Positions 48,001-60,629 of a stretch of DNA of 64,000 nt are shown piece after piece; the first letter of the stretch is position 1; every line of letters begins with the position of its first letter. Source of the stretch: Macrostomum hystrix (lineage: Eukaryota > Animalia > Platyhelminthes); assembly GCA_950097015.1 (NCBI GenBank), contig CATNEN010000007.1, positions 3,968,001 through 4,032,000 of the forward strand, written 5' to 3'. Made by a program: the position numbers and the translations under genes. The notes below the pieces were generated by a model, which saw only the letters and a program-made list of their open reading frames with translations, was not told the origin of the DNA and did not search any database.

Positions 48001-51000
48001 GAGTGACCGAACTTAGATGGCAACTATCATAACTCACTTGAGTCTTCTCTCCCAGCATGTACTTGTACAGTACATTTCTCAGGTACTCCACCTCGGGAAT
48101 TTCTGTGAAGGCCACAGCTGATTGGCTGGGGGTCTGGCGCAGGCCGGGCTGCGGCTCCCGGCTGACCGGGGCAGCCCGCGGCTGCGGCTTTCGAGCCCTG
48201 AGCTCGGCCAGCTCGGAGTTGACACTCATCAGCTGCGTCTGTGCTCAGGTGGCGGTGATGGTTAGGCATCGGAGGGTGTTATAGAGAAAGCTGGCAATAG
48301 TGCCCAGATTTTCTTGGAAATTAAATTCCGAAGAAGAGGGCGAGTGGCAGAGCGGTTAACGCGTTTGCCTCACGCATCAAGGACCCTGAGCTCGATTCCG
48401 CGGTGAGGCCACATTCATTTGGGGCGCCGTCGCGGAGAGAAGGCCTGGGGGCTTGTCGTGCAATTTACACCCAAGACCCAGTGAGAGCGCACGCTGCTTG
48501 ACGATGAGAAAGTCAGGGCAGATGTACACACCTGTGTGAGCGTGTGCTCAGGAGTCAGCGAATTGGGCAGAATTGCCTCCTCGCTGGCTACAGGTCTAGT
48601 GTCACCAAATGATGTGCCATTGCCTGCAGCCCTCCAGCAATTACTCGTATTATAAAAAAAATAATATAAACATTTTTTGTAAAATAATATTGATATTTCT
48701 GAATATTTTTACTGAATTAACCGTCTTTAAGAGCCTTACTTTTCTGCAATAATATTCTCAAGACTTCTAATCTTCTAATTTCTATTCAAGAGACCTAATT
48801 AAGCAAATTGAGGACCTATAAGGGACCGTTTTCATGCTACTATAAATACTTGTATATAAGTAGAGGAATCTGAAAGTTTACTTAATCTGCAATTAACGAA
48901 TTAGTAAAATCATTGATGGATACTAAATCATTCCCAATTCTCACCTGCAAGTCGGCGGCGTACATCTTCACAGCCTCGTAGTCTTCAAGGCTGACGCTGT
49001 CGCCAAGATGTCGACCGGTGCTGTAATTGCGAAACTACTTTAGTTACTAGGGGCCGAGTGGCCTAACACACGCTAGGGGAGGTAGCGGCTTAAATATGCT
49101 CCAATAGTCGCCTACTCTGGGTGGGGGGAGTCAGCAATACACTCACACGGCAGCGGCCCTGGCGTGCTCCACCTGGTCAGCCAGGCTGTTCAACAGAGTC
49201 CGGGCGCTGCTCGAGCTGGGCGCATCTGATGTCGCAGCGGCGGCTCTGACGGCCTCCTAAAGTAAACCAACGAGAGACGAAAGTTACAGATATAGAAATC
49301 AGTTAATCGCAGTGGTAGATGACTTTATCATGGACTGCATTAAAATATTACCAGAAAACCAGTAGTGCAAAAAATTCACGGCTTTTTTTGTTTAAACTAA
49401 GACAAACATAATTTACAATGGCGTGTCAGCAATGTACCAAATGGGAAGTTTCTGTTCTGATAAGAGACTTTTTCTGACTGGTAAGAATTTGGAGGCAAAA
49501 TTTTGCTTTTAAAAATTCGTTAAATGAAAAAGTGCCATTGTGCTGGCGTTATTGTAGCAACTTCAGCCGAGAACACTGCCTTAAAGCTGATTGCTAATAA
49601 TTACCTGAATACGGCAGAGCAGGGCCAAGGCGTCTGACTGGCACTGGAAAAACAGCGATTCAATAGATGGTAACATACGGACAGGGAGACAGTGAGGGAC
49701 AGTAAGGTGAGGAGTCAGTAGGTTGGGCAGTCAGTAGGGTGGGAGAGTCAGTAGGGTGGGGCAGTTTGTAGGGTGGGAGAGTCAGTAGGGTGGGGCAGTT
49801 AGTAGGGTGGGAGAGTCAGTAGGTTGGGCAGTCAGTAGGGTGGGAGAGTCAGTAGGGTGGGGCAGACAGTAGGGTGGGAGAGTCAGTAGGTTGGGGCAGT
49901 CAGTAGGGTGGGATAGTCAGTAGGGTGGGGCAGTTTGTAGGGTGGGAGAGTCAGTAGGGTGGGGCAGACAGTAGGGTGGGAGAGTCAGTAGGTTGGGGCA
50001 GTCAGTAGGGTGGGAGAGTCAGTAGGGTGGGGCAGTTAGTAGGGTGGGAGAGTCAGTAGGGTGGGGCAGACAGTAGGGTGGGAGAGTCAGTAGGTTGGGG
50101 CAGTCAGTAGGGTGGGAGAGTCAGTAGGGTGGGGCAGTTAGTAGGGTGGGGCAGTCAGTAGGGTGGGAGAGTCAGTAGGGTGGGGCAGTTAGTAGGGTGG
50201 GGCAGTTAGTAGGGTGGGAGAGTCAGTAGGGTGGGGCAGTTAGTAGGGTGGGAGAGTCAGTAGGGTGGGGCAGACAGTAGGGTGGGAGAGTCAGTAGGTT
50301 GGGCAGTCAGTAGGGTGGGAGAGTCAGTAGGGTGGGGCAGTCAGTAGGGTGGGGCAGTCAGTAGGGTGGGGCAGACAGTAGGGTGGGAGAGTCAGTAGGT
50401 TGGGGCAGTCAGTAGGGTGGGAGAGTCAGTAGGGTGGGGCAGACAGTAGGGTGGAAGAGTCAGTAGGTTGGGCAGTCAGTAGGGTGGGAGAGTCAGTAGG
50501 GTGGGGCAGTTAGTAGGGTGGGGCAGTCAGTAGGGTGGGGCAGACAGTAGGGTGGGAGAGTCAGTAGGTTGGGGCAGTCAGTAGGGTGGGAGAGTCAGTA
50601 GGGTGGGGCAGTTAGTAGGGTGGGAGAGTCAGTAGGGTGGGGCAGACAGTAGGGTGGGAGAGTCAGTAGGTTGGGGCAGTCAGTAGGGTGGGAGAGTCAG
50701 TAGGGTGGGGCAGTTAGTAGGGTGGGGCAGTCAGTAGGGTGGGGCAGTTAGTAGGGTGGGAGAGTCAGTAGGGTGGGGGAGTCAGTAGGGTGGGCAGTCA
50801 GTAGGGTGGGGCAGTCAGTAGGGTGGGGGAGTCAGTAGGGTGGGGCAGTCAGTAGGGTGGGGGAGACAGTAGGGTGGGGCTGTGCAGGCAGTCAACATAA
50901 ATAGCGAAGCACTGGTCAGAAAAAACTGCGCAATGCACAGCCCGCACTCACCCTGTAGGGCCCCGCAGACGCAAGCGCTGTCGACTCCGAGGCCGCCTCC

Positions 51001-54000
51001 AGCTGAGCACGCAGCTCCTCGACAGCCGCCTCCGCCGCCAGCCGGCCAGCCTGGGCGTCGGCGGCTTCGGCGCGCAGCCGTTCGGCTTCCTCAGCAGCCA
51101 CGGCCTGGCAGGCGACGAGGTCGGCCAGGGCGGCGGCGCGCTCGGACTCAGCCGCCTCCAGGCGGCGATTCAGTCGGCCTTCGGCCACCTCGCGAGCCTC
51201 CAGGCCCTGGAGGAGTTCATCCGTCTCCAGGCGGTGGGCGGTTCTGGCGCGGCTTTCGGCCTCTTGGAAGCGGTCAACGGCCTCCTACGATTAAGATTAG
51301 TTTATCGGATTAGCTTTAAGCAGCAGGATTAATCGTTGAGCAGTTGGGATTAGCTTTGAGAGGCTGGGTTATACTTATTCCTATTCTGGCTAAACACTTT
51401 CAGCCAGAAAAACTCACCTGAAACTTGGCCTGAAACTCTCGCTCCTTAGCCTCCAGCCGGTCCTGAAACTCCCTGGCCGCTGTCTTGAGCTTGTCGGCGT
51501 GCTCCGACTCAAGCTGCTCGAGCCGACCGGCTAGCCCAACCTCCAGCTGGCGCTGCAGCTCTCGGCACTGGCGGGCCAGGTCCTCGGACTCCAGCCGGCT
51601 GCCCCTGAGCTGCTCGGCGAGGCTGGCAGCCTCGGCGGAGCGCGCCTTCGACTCCTCACGCAGCCTGCGCTCGCTCGCCAGTCGACTATCCAGGCGCTCC
51701 TTCAGGGTGCGGATCTCCGACTCTCTGGTGGCACCGGTTGAGTCCTGAGCGGTCGAATGAATTGGCGGGAGATGGCTGAGCGATGGTGGGCCCTGGTTTT
51801 ACCTGGCTAAAAAATAACCCGCTCAGACTCCTGGAGCCGGGACAAACCTTTAGTGCCGCCTCGCGCTCTCTGGCGGCCAGCTGCTGCTGCAACTCCGCCA
51901 GCTGCTGCTTCAGCCGACGCCTGCCAGCGGCGGCCTCCTCGGCGGCGATGGCGCGCTCGTCTCGGTGCCGCTGCTCCACGGCGGCCAGCTTGGCTTCGGC
52001 ATCGCGCAGGCGACTCTCCAGTGCGGCGGTCGAGTCTGAGGGGCTACCGCTCGAGTTTGCCGACACTGCGCCGGTGGCTTCCTTCTGCAGCCGCTGAACC
52101 TGCTGGCGCTGCTTCTCCAGCTCCGCCTGCGAAGCATGGAGGAACGACTGAGGGATAGTCACTGCTGTGATTGAGAGTCACTTTGCTGAGATTGATAGTC
52201 ACTCGGCTGAGATTGATAGTCACTCAGCTGAGATTGATAGTCACTCAGCTGAGATTGATAGTCACTCAGCTGAGATTGATAGTCACTCAGCTGAGATTGA
52301 TAGTCACTCAGCTGAGATTGATAGTCACTCAGCTGAGATTGATAGCCATGCCTGCTATTATTTTTACCATATTTTATTGATTATGTTGTATTGACTGTAC
52401 TATAAATTTAAGTGACAAGGATTTTTCATTGATGTTTTCCAGGGTCTTCGACAAGAATCGCTGAATATATCAACGATGCTGACGTCGGACGGCTTTGAAA
52501 GTTAGTTCATCGCAAAGCGCGGGAAATTTTGATCCATTTGGTGGACTTTTACGAAAATCGGTCATTTGGTTTGGGAGCTACCGTGAATCGGGCAGTGGGT
52601 ATATGCCTACCGTGGTCAACCCTGTGGGCTTTTCCCAGGGGGGAAAATAGCGTGGTCTTGCTACTGTTTCTAAGAATTCCGATGCCTCACCTTGGTAGCC
52701 GCCAGCTGCCGCTTCATCTGCTCGACTTGGCTCTCCAGCTGCAAGATTCGCTGCCTCTGCTTCTCCTCCTGCGACTCCCCGAAGGCATTGGCGAGTCCTT
52801 CACCGTTCTGTCGCCGCCCGGAGTCTTCGTCAGTGGCTGCTGGCTCGGCTGAAAACACACCGTCAGCGGCCGCCGCAGCGGAATCGGTCGCGGAAACCTC
52901 TGATTCGGCCTGTATAATCTCAGCGGCGAGTTCAGCCGGCACCGGACGACCCTCGGCTAGAAGGCTCGACTGGGAAAAGGGGGAGCGGGATTCGAATATA
53001 AGGTACGGGATTAGACATTTTGTATCCGAGGAAGAGCCTTGGAGAGCGAAGGGCGGTGGAAGATGCTTGAGGGACACTGAATTGAGCGAAGCCTGAAGCG
53101 CACCTGAAGCTTCAGCGCCTCGATGAGTCGGTCCCGGGCGGCCAGCCAGGCCAGCGAGTCGCCACTCGCCCGCAGCCTATTGTCGGCGTCGAACAGGCGC
53201 GCCTTGTACCGCCTGGCCAGGGACTGCGCGTGCAGCAGGCGCTGCGCCAGCTCCGGGCGGCTCAGCAACTCTAGCTGGGTGGTCGGCGACGCGTTTGACT
53301 GCGCGACCTCGGCGCCAGCGGCAGCGACTGACGAGGACGCTTCGCTAAAAGCCGAGCCGATTGACGACTGGCGAGAGCGCGATTTGGCGCCTGCCGGTCC
53401 ATAGCGACCTGAGCCAATGGCTCCGGAAGCTGTTGATGATGATGCTGAATCTGCTCCACCAGCAGCGTCAAGGTGATGCTGCTGATGACCAGGGGTCAGG
53501 TATTTGCCAAGCAGCGAATCGTTTGCCTGCATTTTGAAGGTGGGAAATAATTTTTTGTATGATGCTAAAAAGACTATTTCTAGTTTAAATTCACCATATT
53601 TATGCTTGATTGCTTTCGCCTTTTACAGTAAAAAATTATGAATATTACATGTAATTGTGCTTCGATATTTTAACTTTAATACAGATAGATGAATGAAAAT
53701 GACATTAAAAATAAATAGCTTTTAATTATAAAAACTCTCTTGCAATACTTTATTTTCCTTTAAATAAGCAATATCCCAAAAGCCAACTAATGCTGGCTGT
53801 TAAATAGTAAAATTATTTAATCTTGAAGGTATGTCAGTTACAAATATGCTAAACAGCTATGAAAATCAAAAAGCACACCACCAAGACAAACTTTTGGGAA
53901 GAGATCATATGCCTTTAAATGTGCCAATACTATCTACATAAAATTATGAACTAAAATTTAAATTCACAATTTTTTTGTGCTAACAAGCCAACCATTATAT

Positions 54001-54735
54001 TTCAAGTTAGCTTTGCAATATAAAACAAATGTAAACACTTAAATATACATTCAAGCAAGTGCACTTTTGTGAAAAAAAATAGACAAGTTCTAAACTTTAT
54101 TGGCTTACTTTTGACTGAACACAAACAGCAAAACAACTCACAGTTTTATTTTATACAGACAACAATTAGCTAGAGTTGAATTGTTGGCTATCATCTGCTA
54201 AAAATCTCTTGAATATAATCCTAAGCAGTTTTTCTCTATGCACAAAAATTCACAAAATGATTGATATAACTGAATGTATTTAATTTCTAATATACCTACC
54301 TAAATCTAAGTAGCTATAGCTGTAGCTGTAGCTGAGCTGAGTAGCTGAGCTACAGATATTGTGTAGCATTTCCTAAGGCCTTTCCCATTTCCTTTTGGCT
54401 GGGATTTGACATTTGAACTCCCACCCTCTAAGTTGGAAATCCAAAACTCTAACCACTGGATTGTAAGCTATATATAATATAGCTTACTGGATTGTAAGCT
54501 ATATATAGTTGTTAATATATTTAGTATACAATATCAATAATCAGTAGATAGAATGATTATAAGAATGTTAATGATGGCTAATGAGTAAAATTCTATCAAC
54601 AAAACAGAACATATGAACAACCTTCAATAAAAAAATAAATTCAAGCTATGTATGTTGATAAGTGAATCCAGTAAAAGGCCTTACTTTTTTGACAGTATCA
54701 GACTCTTCAATCTTCTGTCTTAGCTTTTTAAACAT
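45017..54735 (-). CDS. GOLGA4: GRIP-domain golgin, golgin-245/GOLGA4-like, multi-exon (last exon 45031-45017 tentative)
   Basis: First exon 54735-54685 MFKKLRQKIEE (cf. GOLGA4 MFKKLKQKISE); coiled-coil exons at 49-53.5 kb; GRIP domain EVEYLRNVLYKYMLGEKTQ|TLARVICTVLKFTDYQIQQV split over exons near 48.0 kb. Internal exon boundaries not all verified. Confidence 0.82.
45165..47590. repeat. 26-bp satellite array (~2.4 kb), probably within the last golgin intron
   Basis: Unit gagaaactagcgattgtgaacaattt; degenerate gaaactagggattt relics continue to ~47860. Confidence 0.97.
48338..48670 (+). mobile_element. tRNA-derived SINE in a golgin intron
   Basis: A-box gtggcagagcggtt, B-box-like gagctcgattcc, ~250-bp body, A-rich tail. 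Confidence 0.6.
49700..50880. repeat. 17-bp G-rich minisatellite in a golgin intron
   Basis: Units agtcagtagggtgggag and agtcagtagggtggggc. Confidence 0.93.
52170..52345. repeat. 21-bp minisatellite in a golgin intron
   Basis: Unit gctgagattgatagtcactca. Confidence 0.9.
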
Positions 54736-56556
54736 AGCACAATTGTGTCTTTGCAATAAATTTTAAAGAGATTGGTACTCTCTGTAGCCTTTAAGGCAGA
54801 CACAGAAAAAATTGAATAGGCGTAGAGTTTTATGATAATATTAATAATAAAATATGTAAATATGGTGTACTTAAGCAAAACAGAACAGCTTTTTGAATGT
54901 GCAATTTTAGATCTACTGGAGGTTGTCACTTTCCAGCTCGACAAGACCGTTTGTGCATGCAGTAAGCACAGCGTGGCTAAAAAAGCGTATGTCTAATACA
55001 TCTGTAGAGCTAACCAACAAACGCATGTACCTTTGCATTCACGGTTCGATAAATGTTTCTTGTACGTAGGAAAAGAAGGAAAGATTCTTAGAATGTTAAA
55101 TCAATCGTGTTTTTTTAAATAGAGCAAAATATTCGATCGTGAAAGATTATAATTAAATATATGTAAATCACTGGATTTTATTGCATACCATTGGCTAAAA
55201 CCTAACTTAAATACAAATTCTATTTATTATAATATTGCATTGCATCGTAATTTACTAAAACATTTCTTAATCCTAACTTGTTCATTATATACTGCATTAC
55301 GTTACATCGTGAGACAGCAGGACAATTTTTTGTGCCCTAATACAATGGCTTCGATTCGAAGGTAAGGCTTCAATTGCTGCGACGGATGAATGTCGAAATT
55401 TGCGAAAATATTTTGGTTCCAGCTGCAACATGTATTTTTTATGGATGAAAGTGCATGGACGTTCTCTCTTTAACAAAATCTAAAACAACAAGCCTTGAAT
55501 ATCATCTGCAACTGTCTATTGGACACTGATTTGATTTGTTGTCTGACTCGGCCGTGAATTTGATATCCCTTGCACTTTCGCGAGATGACTAGTTTGTACA
55601 AGTGCTCAGCAAGGACCAATTTTAGTAACTGGCTTTTATACTTAAGTATAGTCCTCGGGTGCTCTTCAGTACTTTTGTCGAGTGAATTCCCCCGTGTGAT
55701 CATTTTGGGTCAAAGTCAGGTGTATGCATTTCATGTATTTTTCTGTCAGTTCAATGTCGCGACGTGTCTACAAATGGACTTCCTTCATCACAAATCACAT
55801 TTTAGCCCTAATTATTTCCCCTCGAATTCTCATGGTCCATCGAGAGGGACTCGTCGGTGGGAGACGAATGAATATTGAGGTATTCATCGTACGGATTACC
55901 TGCATCAATTATACAAGCTGATATTAACAAATCAAATGGATGATAATAAGAAGGCAGCTTAAACTCATGCGTAAGATCACTTGGCAGATGATCTTGTTAA
56001 AATCGAATTTGGATCAGCTAAGGCTGATTTTGGGAATTGTCTTGATTGAGTTTGCAGCAAATGGCGTGTCGCAAAGTACATATATATGATGGAAAAGTGT
56101 GTGAGACGTATTTCCTCATTTCAGTCAGACCAGTAAACACGGTCTTTGTTAGTGAAATCTTGCGGCACTCCTCATTGGTTCTTGTCTTCGCAGTCTGTAT
56201 CTGACTGAGACTCGCGCTCACATCGAACCAAAAATCACTTCATAAAATTTATTCTATCAAAGCTTTTGTCTATTTCACATTGAACCCAAAAAATGCAAAA
56301 ATTCACTTAAAATTTTTTTGATGAGGTTCGTTTTCGGCTTAATAATTCTCATAGTCAGACTTGCTAATGCGCTTGTAATACGAGCGAGTAAAGTTCTTCA
56401 TTAACGAAAATTCGGCAAAAAAACAATTTGAACAAACAGAGAGCGAGTTTGATAGCTTAATAGACAATTGCTACGAAATATTTTACAATGAATTTTGGCA
56501 GTGAAAACCAGTAAAGGTTAGTATACCGTTGGCTTAGTCCGCGAACAGATGCCGCT

Positions 56557-56955
56557 TCATGACGGCTTGAAGCTCAAAGCAGCACCGCACGGGGTTCCCC
56601 TGCACTGGATGGCACTCATCGCAGCGTTGTCTTCCCAAGACACTCGTGCTTCAATCTTCTTGTGTCCGCAGCCGATGTTAACCATGTTGCAGCCGCCGCC
56701 TTTATTACAGGCCTTGGCTTTGCAGCAGACCAGTGTGCCACCCTTGCCATGCACTGTCACAGTGTAGGTGACTGTGTATCCTCGATTGCCCAATATGTAG
56801 ATGCCGTTGCAGACGGGACCGTTCACTCCTGCCGGTCCGGCGCAACAGGCCTTCGCGATGACGGACACAGGTGACAGGGAAAGCAGGACGATGAGTGTGG
56901 CTGTCGTTGTGAGAACGGTTGCTCTTAACAGCAACGACTTGCTGGATGACTGCAT
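56557..56955 (-). CDS. Small secreted Cys-rich protein, paralog A (unknown family)
   Basis: Signal-peptide-like N-terminus from MQSSSK; 10 Cys in the mature part; aligns end to end with 59464-59853. Confidence 0.8.
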   Translation of the reverse strand: MQSSSKSLLLRATVLTTTATLIVLLSLSPVSVIAKACCAGPAGVNGPVCNGIYILGNRGYTVTYTVTVHGKGGTLVCCKAKACNKGGGCNMVNIGCGHKKIEARVSWEDNAAMSAIQCRGTPCGAALSFKPS

Positions 56956-58349
56956 GGCGAACTGTCCCTGTTCAGGATGCATTCAGTGTGTAGCAAATTA
57001 CCTACTCCAGTAGGGGACCACTGAAATCTTGAATAGAGACTAAGGGGTTGAGTGGCAACTCTCCTGATTTATCGCACCGGGAACTCACAGGTAGGAGATG
57101 AGTTCATATCCGTGATGAGATCCCAGACTCATTCTGCACGTACGACTCGAGCCGTGAAGATACCATCTGTGCCATTGTGTGGCTGCTAGGCAACCTACTT
57201 CGGTTATGAGAGCGCCAACCCTCAAGGCTCAGTCGGACGAAACAGACCCCCGACGATAAGAGGTAGGGGACCCTACGAGATTCGTAATTGCCAAAACCCC
57301 ACCAAGTATACTATAAGTAGCGTAGAAATATACCAATCATTAAAGCCTAAATTCAGAGCCCAGTAGTGGGTCGAGTTCCTTGAATACCCAGCTTCCATTT
57401 AATTGTATAGCTTCTGGGGTTGTCGCCCACTGCACGGGGCATCAGAGGACGCCCGCCTTACCGAGGAGGTCCGGGCGTACGAGTGGGGGGGGCAATGTCG
57501 ACTGTTCTGGGGCTCGGTATGGGGCCAAGGCTGACCTGCATTTCGAGGATCGCACGATCCTTCAGAGAGCACCTCGAGAAGGCACAGGCCAGCCAATCAA
57601 ATCAGGCCGTGTTGGAGAGTACACAACTCACATCACGCACATGCTGATATGCTTGAGGCCTGACCAACACCACTCACCCGCTATTCAGGATCTCCTCAAT
57701 TCTGTGGATCTGTTGTGGTGCGCCTCGCTCAACTGGCTCGGTTCTGCCGGATCTGAATATAAGACAAACTCGTCTTGTCGGCTATTTATGCGAGAATGCT
57801 CGATGACTTCACCACTTTTCCACGTAACAAAATAAATAAGAAACGTTGTTTACTCACGTGGAGCTAGATGGAAGCATAACAGGTGGAAAACACTGGTGGA
57901 AAGAGAAGTTTTGTGGTAGATACAGCAGACTGGCATCGCCGCACCTGCCCTACCTGTCTGCATTCAAAAGTTGAAGCTGATGCAAAACAATTTTGTATTT
58001 TCGCTGTATTTTTCCGTGTAAATATTTGGCAATTTCAGCCGCAGCAGAGAGCCGACTTGCTCAGTCAGCACTGGTCTGTTTCTGCGAGCACAAAAAGCGT
58101 TTCTGCAATTCGGCTTCTGTGTGCGAACTATTAAAAAAGCGGTCAATAACAATCTGTGAATTACAAGCATGCCTATTGTTGTCGAGTTGCTATTTTTAGA
58201 TGCGAATGCGCTTCGAGAGATATTGTTGGATTTGTTGAACCTCGCGTTGTGGAGGAGAATGCATAGATGTAGCCTGCTGCCGAGGCGTTCACATCAACTG
58301 TTCACACCTGGGACCGATTTCATGAGCAACTAGTAACTGGAAATAACCG

Positions 58350-59460
58350 CAGCTACTTGAAGTTTGGTTTCATGGAACATTTACCAGTCTGGAAAGCTGC
58401 GGTTTCACGAATTGTCTGATAAAACTGAGGCTGCTTCCATCGACGTGGGGTCGATGGCGTTTCGCTTGCTTCGTCGTTGAGCAGGGCCATCATCGAAGGC
58501 TTGGCAATGAAAGGCTTTTCCGCCGAGCTGCTAGGGATAGTATGGTTTAATTTGTCCATATGGACAGATTAATCAGAATCGGCATCGGGTCGAACGCAGG
58601 GCACACTTTCTTCAACATCAAGCCCACCTACCGAAGGACTATTATTTCGAATGACTTCTAGAACCACACGATCCAAATGTGTCTCCTTGGAGAGTCCCTC
58701 CTCCGGTGCCCGTCTGACGACTAGCGTCTCGCTTCTTTATTGTTGCCATCCGAATATTTCTCCACATTGTGTCGCGCAGATATGAAACTGGCTTGCACAA
58801 CCAACTTGCCTCCATCGTGGTTCGGATTTCCTCCCAAGCTTTTTGGATTTGGCCTCTGCGTTATCCGCAAAACTACCGAACAAAACGGCCTCTCTGTCTC
58901 TCATGAGAGACAGAAAGAGGAGCTTTTGTTCCGGCGTGGACATGCTAGTAAACTTTTAAATCTTCGAGAGACTATAGAGCCTTAGCGGTGTATGTATACT
59001 TATACCACTTTCAAGACTTCGAGAGTCTTGAATTGAGATGCTCCGTTTAGATAAAGGTGCGTGCAGAGATGATGCAGGCACATTCGGGTGACATGCTGAT
59101 AAATTTTGAAGGCCTGGCAAGGCTGCACTGAGGTGCAGTGCAAACTCGATGAATAAATTTCGACGGTTTAAAGGGCTGGCGACTTTGATTCTTATTTCAG
59201 AAGATGCGCAGCAAAAAGTTGGACATTGTTCTTGAGTTTCGTGTGCTTGCGTTGCTCCGTTCGGATGCAGCAAAGATATTCGAGCTAAAAACGAGCGGCA
59301 CAATGGCCTGGCAGTCCTACTGTGAATATTGCCCATTTATTAAAGTTTGCATCGTAAAAGCAATTTAGCCATTCGATAATAGAAAGCATTTGAACGCGGG
59401 TACTGTATTTAGTCAGACTGTTTTTAGCAAAGAACAGTTTTTCATGCCGACTTGATAAGC
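58350..59460. mobile_element. Decayed PIF/Harbinger-like element (frameshifted Myb/SANT-like ORF on -, possible transposase N-terminal relic on +)
   Basis: Minus strand with frameshifts reads MSTPEQKLLFLSLM...LFG...AWEEI...LRDTMWRN...TGTGGG...LDRVVLEVI...SP.VGGL, typical of Harbinger Myb-like proteins. The plus-strand transposase assignment is weak; boundaries are approximate. Confidence 0.5.
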
Positions 59461-59463
59461 GCA

Positions 59464-59853
59464 TCATGGCGAGAAGCTCAGAGAAGCTCCGAACGGATTG
59501 CCTCGGCACTGGATCGCACTCATCGCAGCGTTGTTGCCCCAAGGCACTCGCTGGACAATCTTCGAGTGGTCGCAGCCGATGCTGGTCATGTAGCAGCCAC
59601 GGCCACTGCCACAGGCTCTGGCATTGCAGCAGACTAGAGTGCCACCGTTGCCATGGACTGTCACAGAGTAGGTGACCATGTAGCCAGGACTGCCAATGAT
59701 GCCGATGCCCTGGCAGAGAGGCCCGTTCATGCCTGCTGGTCCAGCGTAGCAGGCGCCCGCACTGACTGTCGCAGGCGACAACAGGAGGATGAGCGTGGCT
59801 GCCAGCGTGACTACCGTTGCTGGCAGCAGCGGCGACTTGCTCGAAGACAGCAT
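59464..59853 (-). CDS. Small secreted Cys-rich protein, paralog B (unknown family)
   Basis: Signal-peptide-like N-terminus; 8 Cys; shared motifs AGPAG.NGP.C, VTY.VTVHG.GGTLVCC, W..NAAMSAIQCRG. Confidence 0.8.
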   Translation of the reverse strand: MLSSSKSPLLPATVVTLAATLILLLSPATVSAGACYAGPAGMNGPLCQGIGIIGSPGYMVTYSVTVHGNGGTLVCCNARACGSGRGCYMTSIGCDHSKIVQRVPWGNNAAMSAIQCRGNPFGASLSFSP

Positions 59854-60629
59854 CGCGATGTTGTATTGATTGCTTCGTTGGTGTGACTATTTGTAGTTCT
59901 AGGGTTGACTTTTAGGCCAGCCGGATTGTTGCCATGCGGCAGTGATTGCCGCCTTATTTGTAAGCATGCTTCACGTGACCTATGCGGCCTTATCTGTATT
60001 ATCGGCGCGTTCGAATTAAAAATAATATTGACATAAATGCCCGCAGTCTAAATATAGAAAATCCGCGATTTAGTTGAAACCCAAAGCAGTGAAGACAGTC
60101 TAGAATGGCTCGAGTATTTAGAATGCGGTCACTGGCCAATGAGGCTAGCTATCGCGGCACGGTCCAGTACTGTTAGTAGTACAAGTATATTTCGAACAGC
60201 ACGTTTGTGTCAACATGATCGACGCGTCACTTGGGCTCAGCAACAAGCAGGTGAACAGAAGTGCGGGATCAGGTGAGTCCCTGATGAAAGAGGTTAAAGA
60301 GGGCAGGGGTAGGGGGCAGGGGTATGGCCTTCGAATAAAAACATAGCTACAAATTGTAAGCATTCAATTTGCCTCGATTTTTATGAACAAAATAACATAT
60401 TTCTATTGAATTTCCACAGTAGACACATTTCTCAATAATTAATGACTGCAGTAAAAGCAAAGACATAAAAAATGATTAAATATTTGGGAATACAGAAAGT
60501 CAGGACAGCACGAGATGAAGGAATAATCGAATTCTGGGATTTCTGGATTTCTGGATCCTGTGAATAGAAAAGAATAGATTTCTGGGAAAAAACTGCATTG
60601 CACTTCGGGAGATTGTGATCTAATAGATC

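Noticed and set aside
55470-55760. Possible hAT dimerisation-domain remnant on the minus strand
   Set aside because: Similarity is too faint to support by eye.
57110-57250. gtgatgag...ggacgaaac as a hammerhead ribozyme
   Set aside because: Core mismatch (GTGATGA), stem II does not pair cleanly, and stems I and III were not found.
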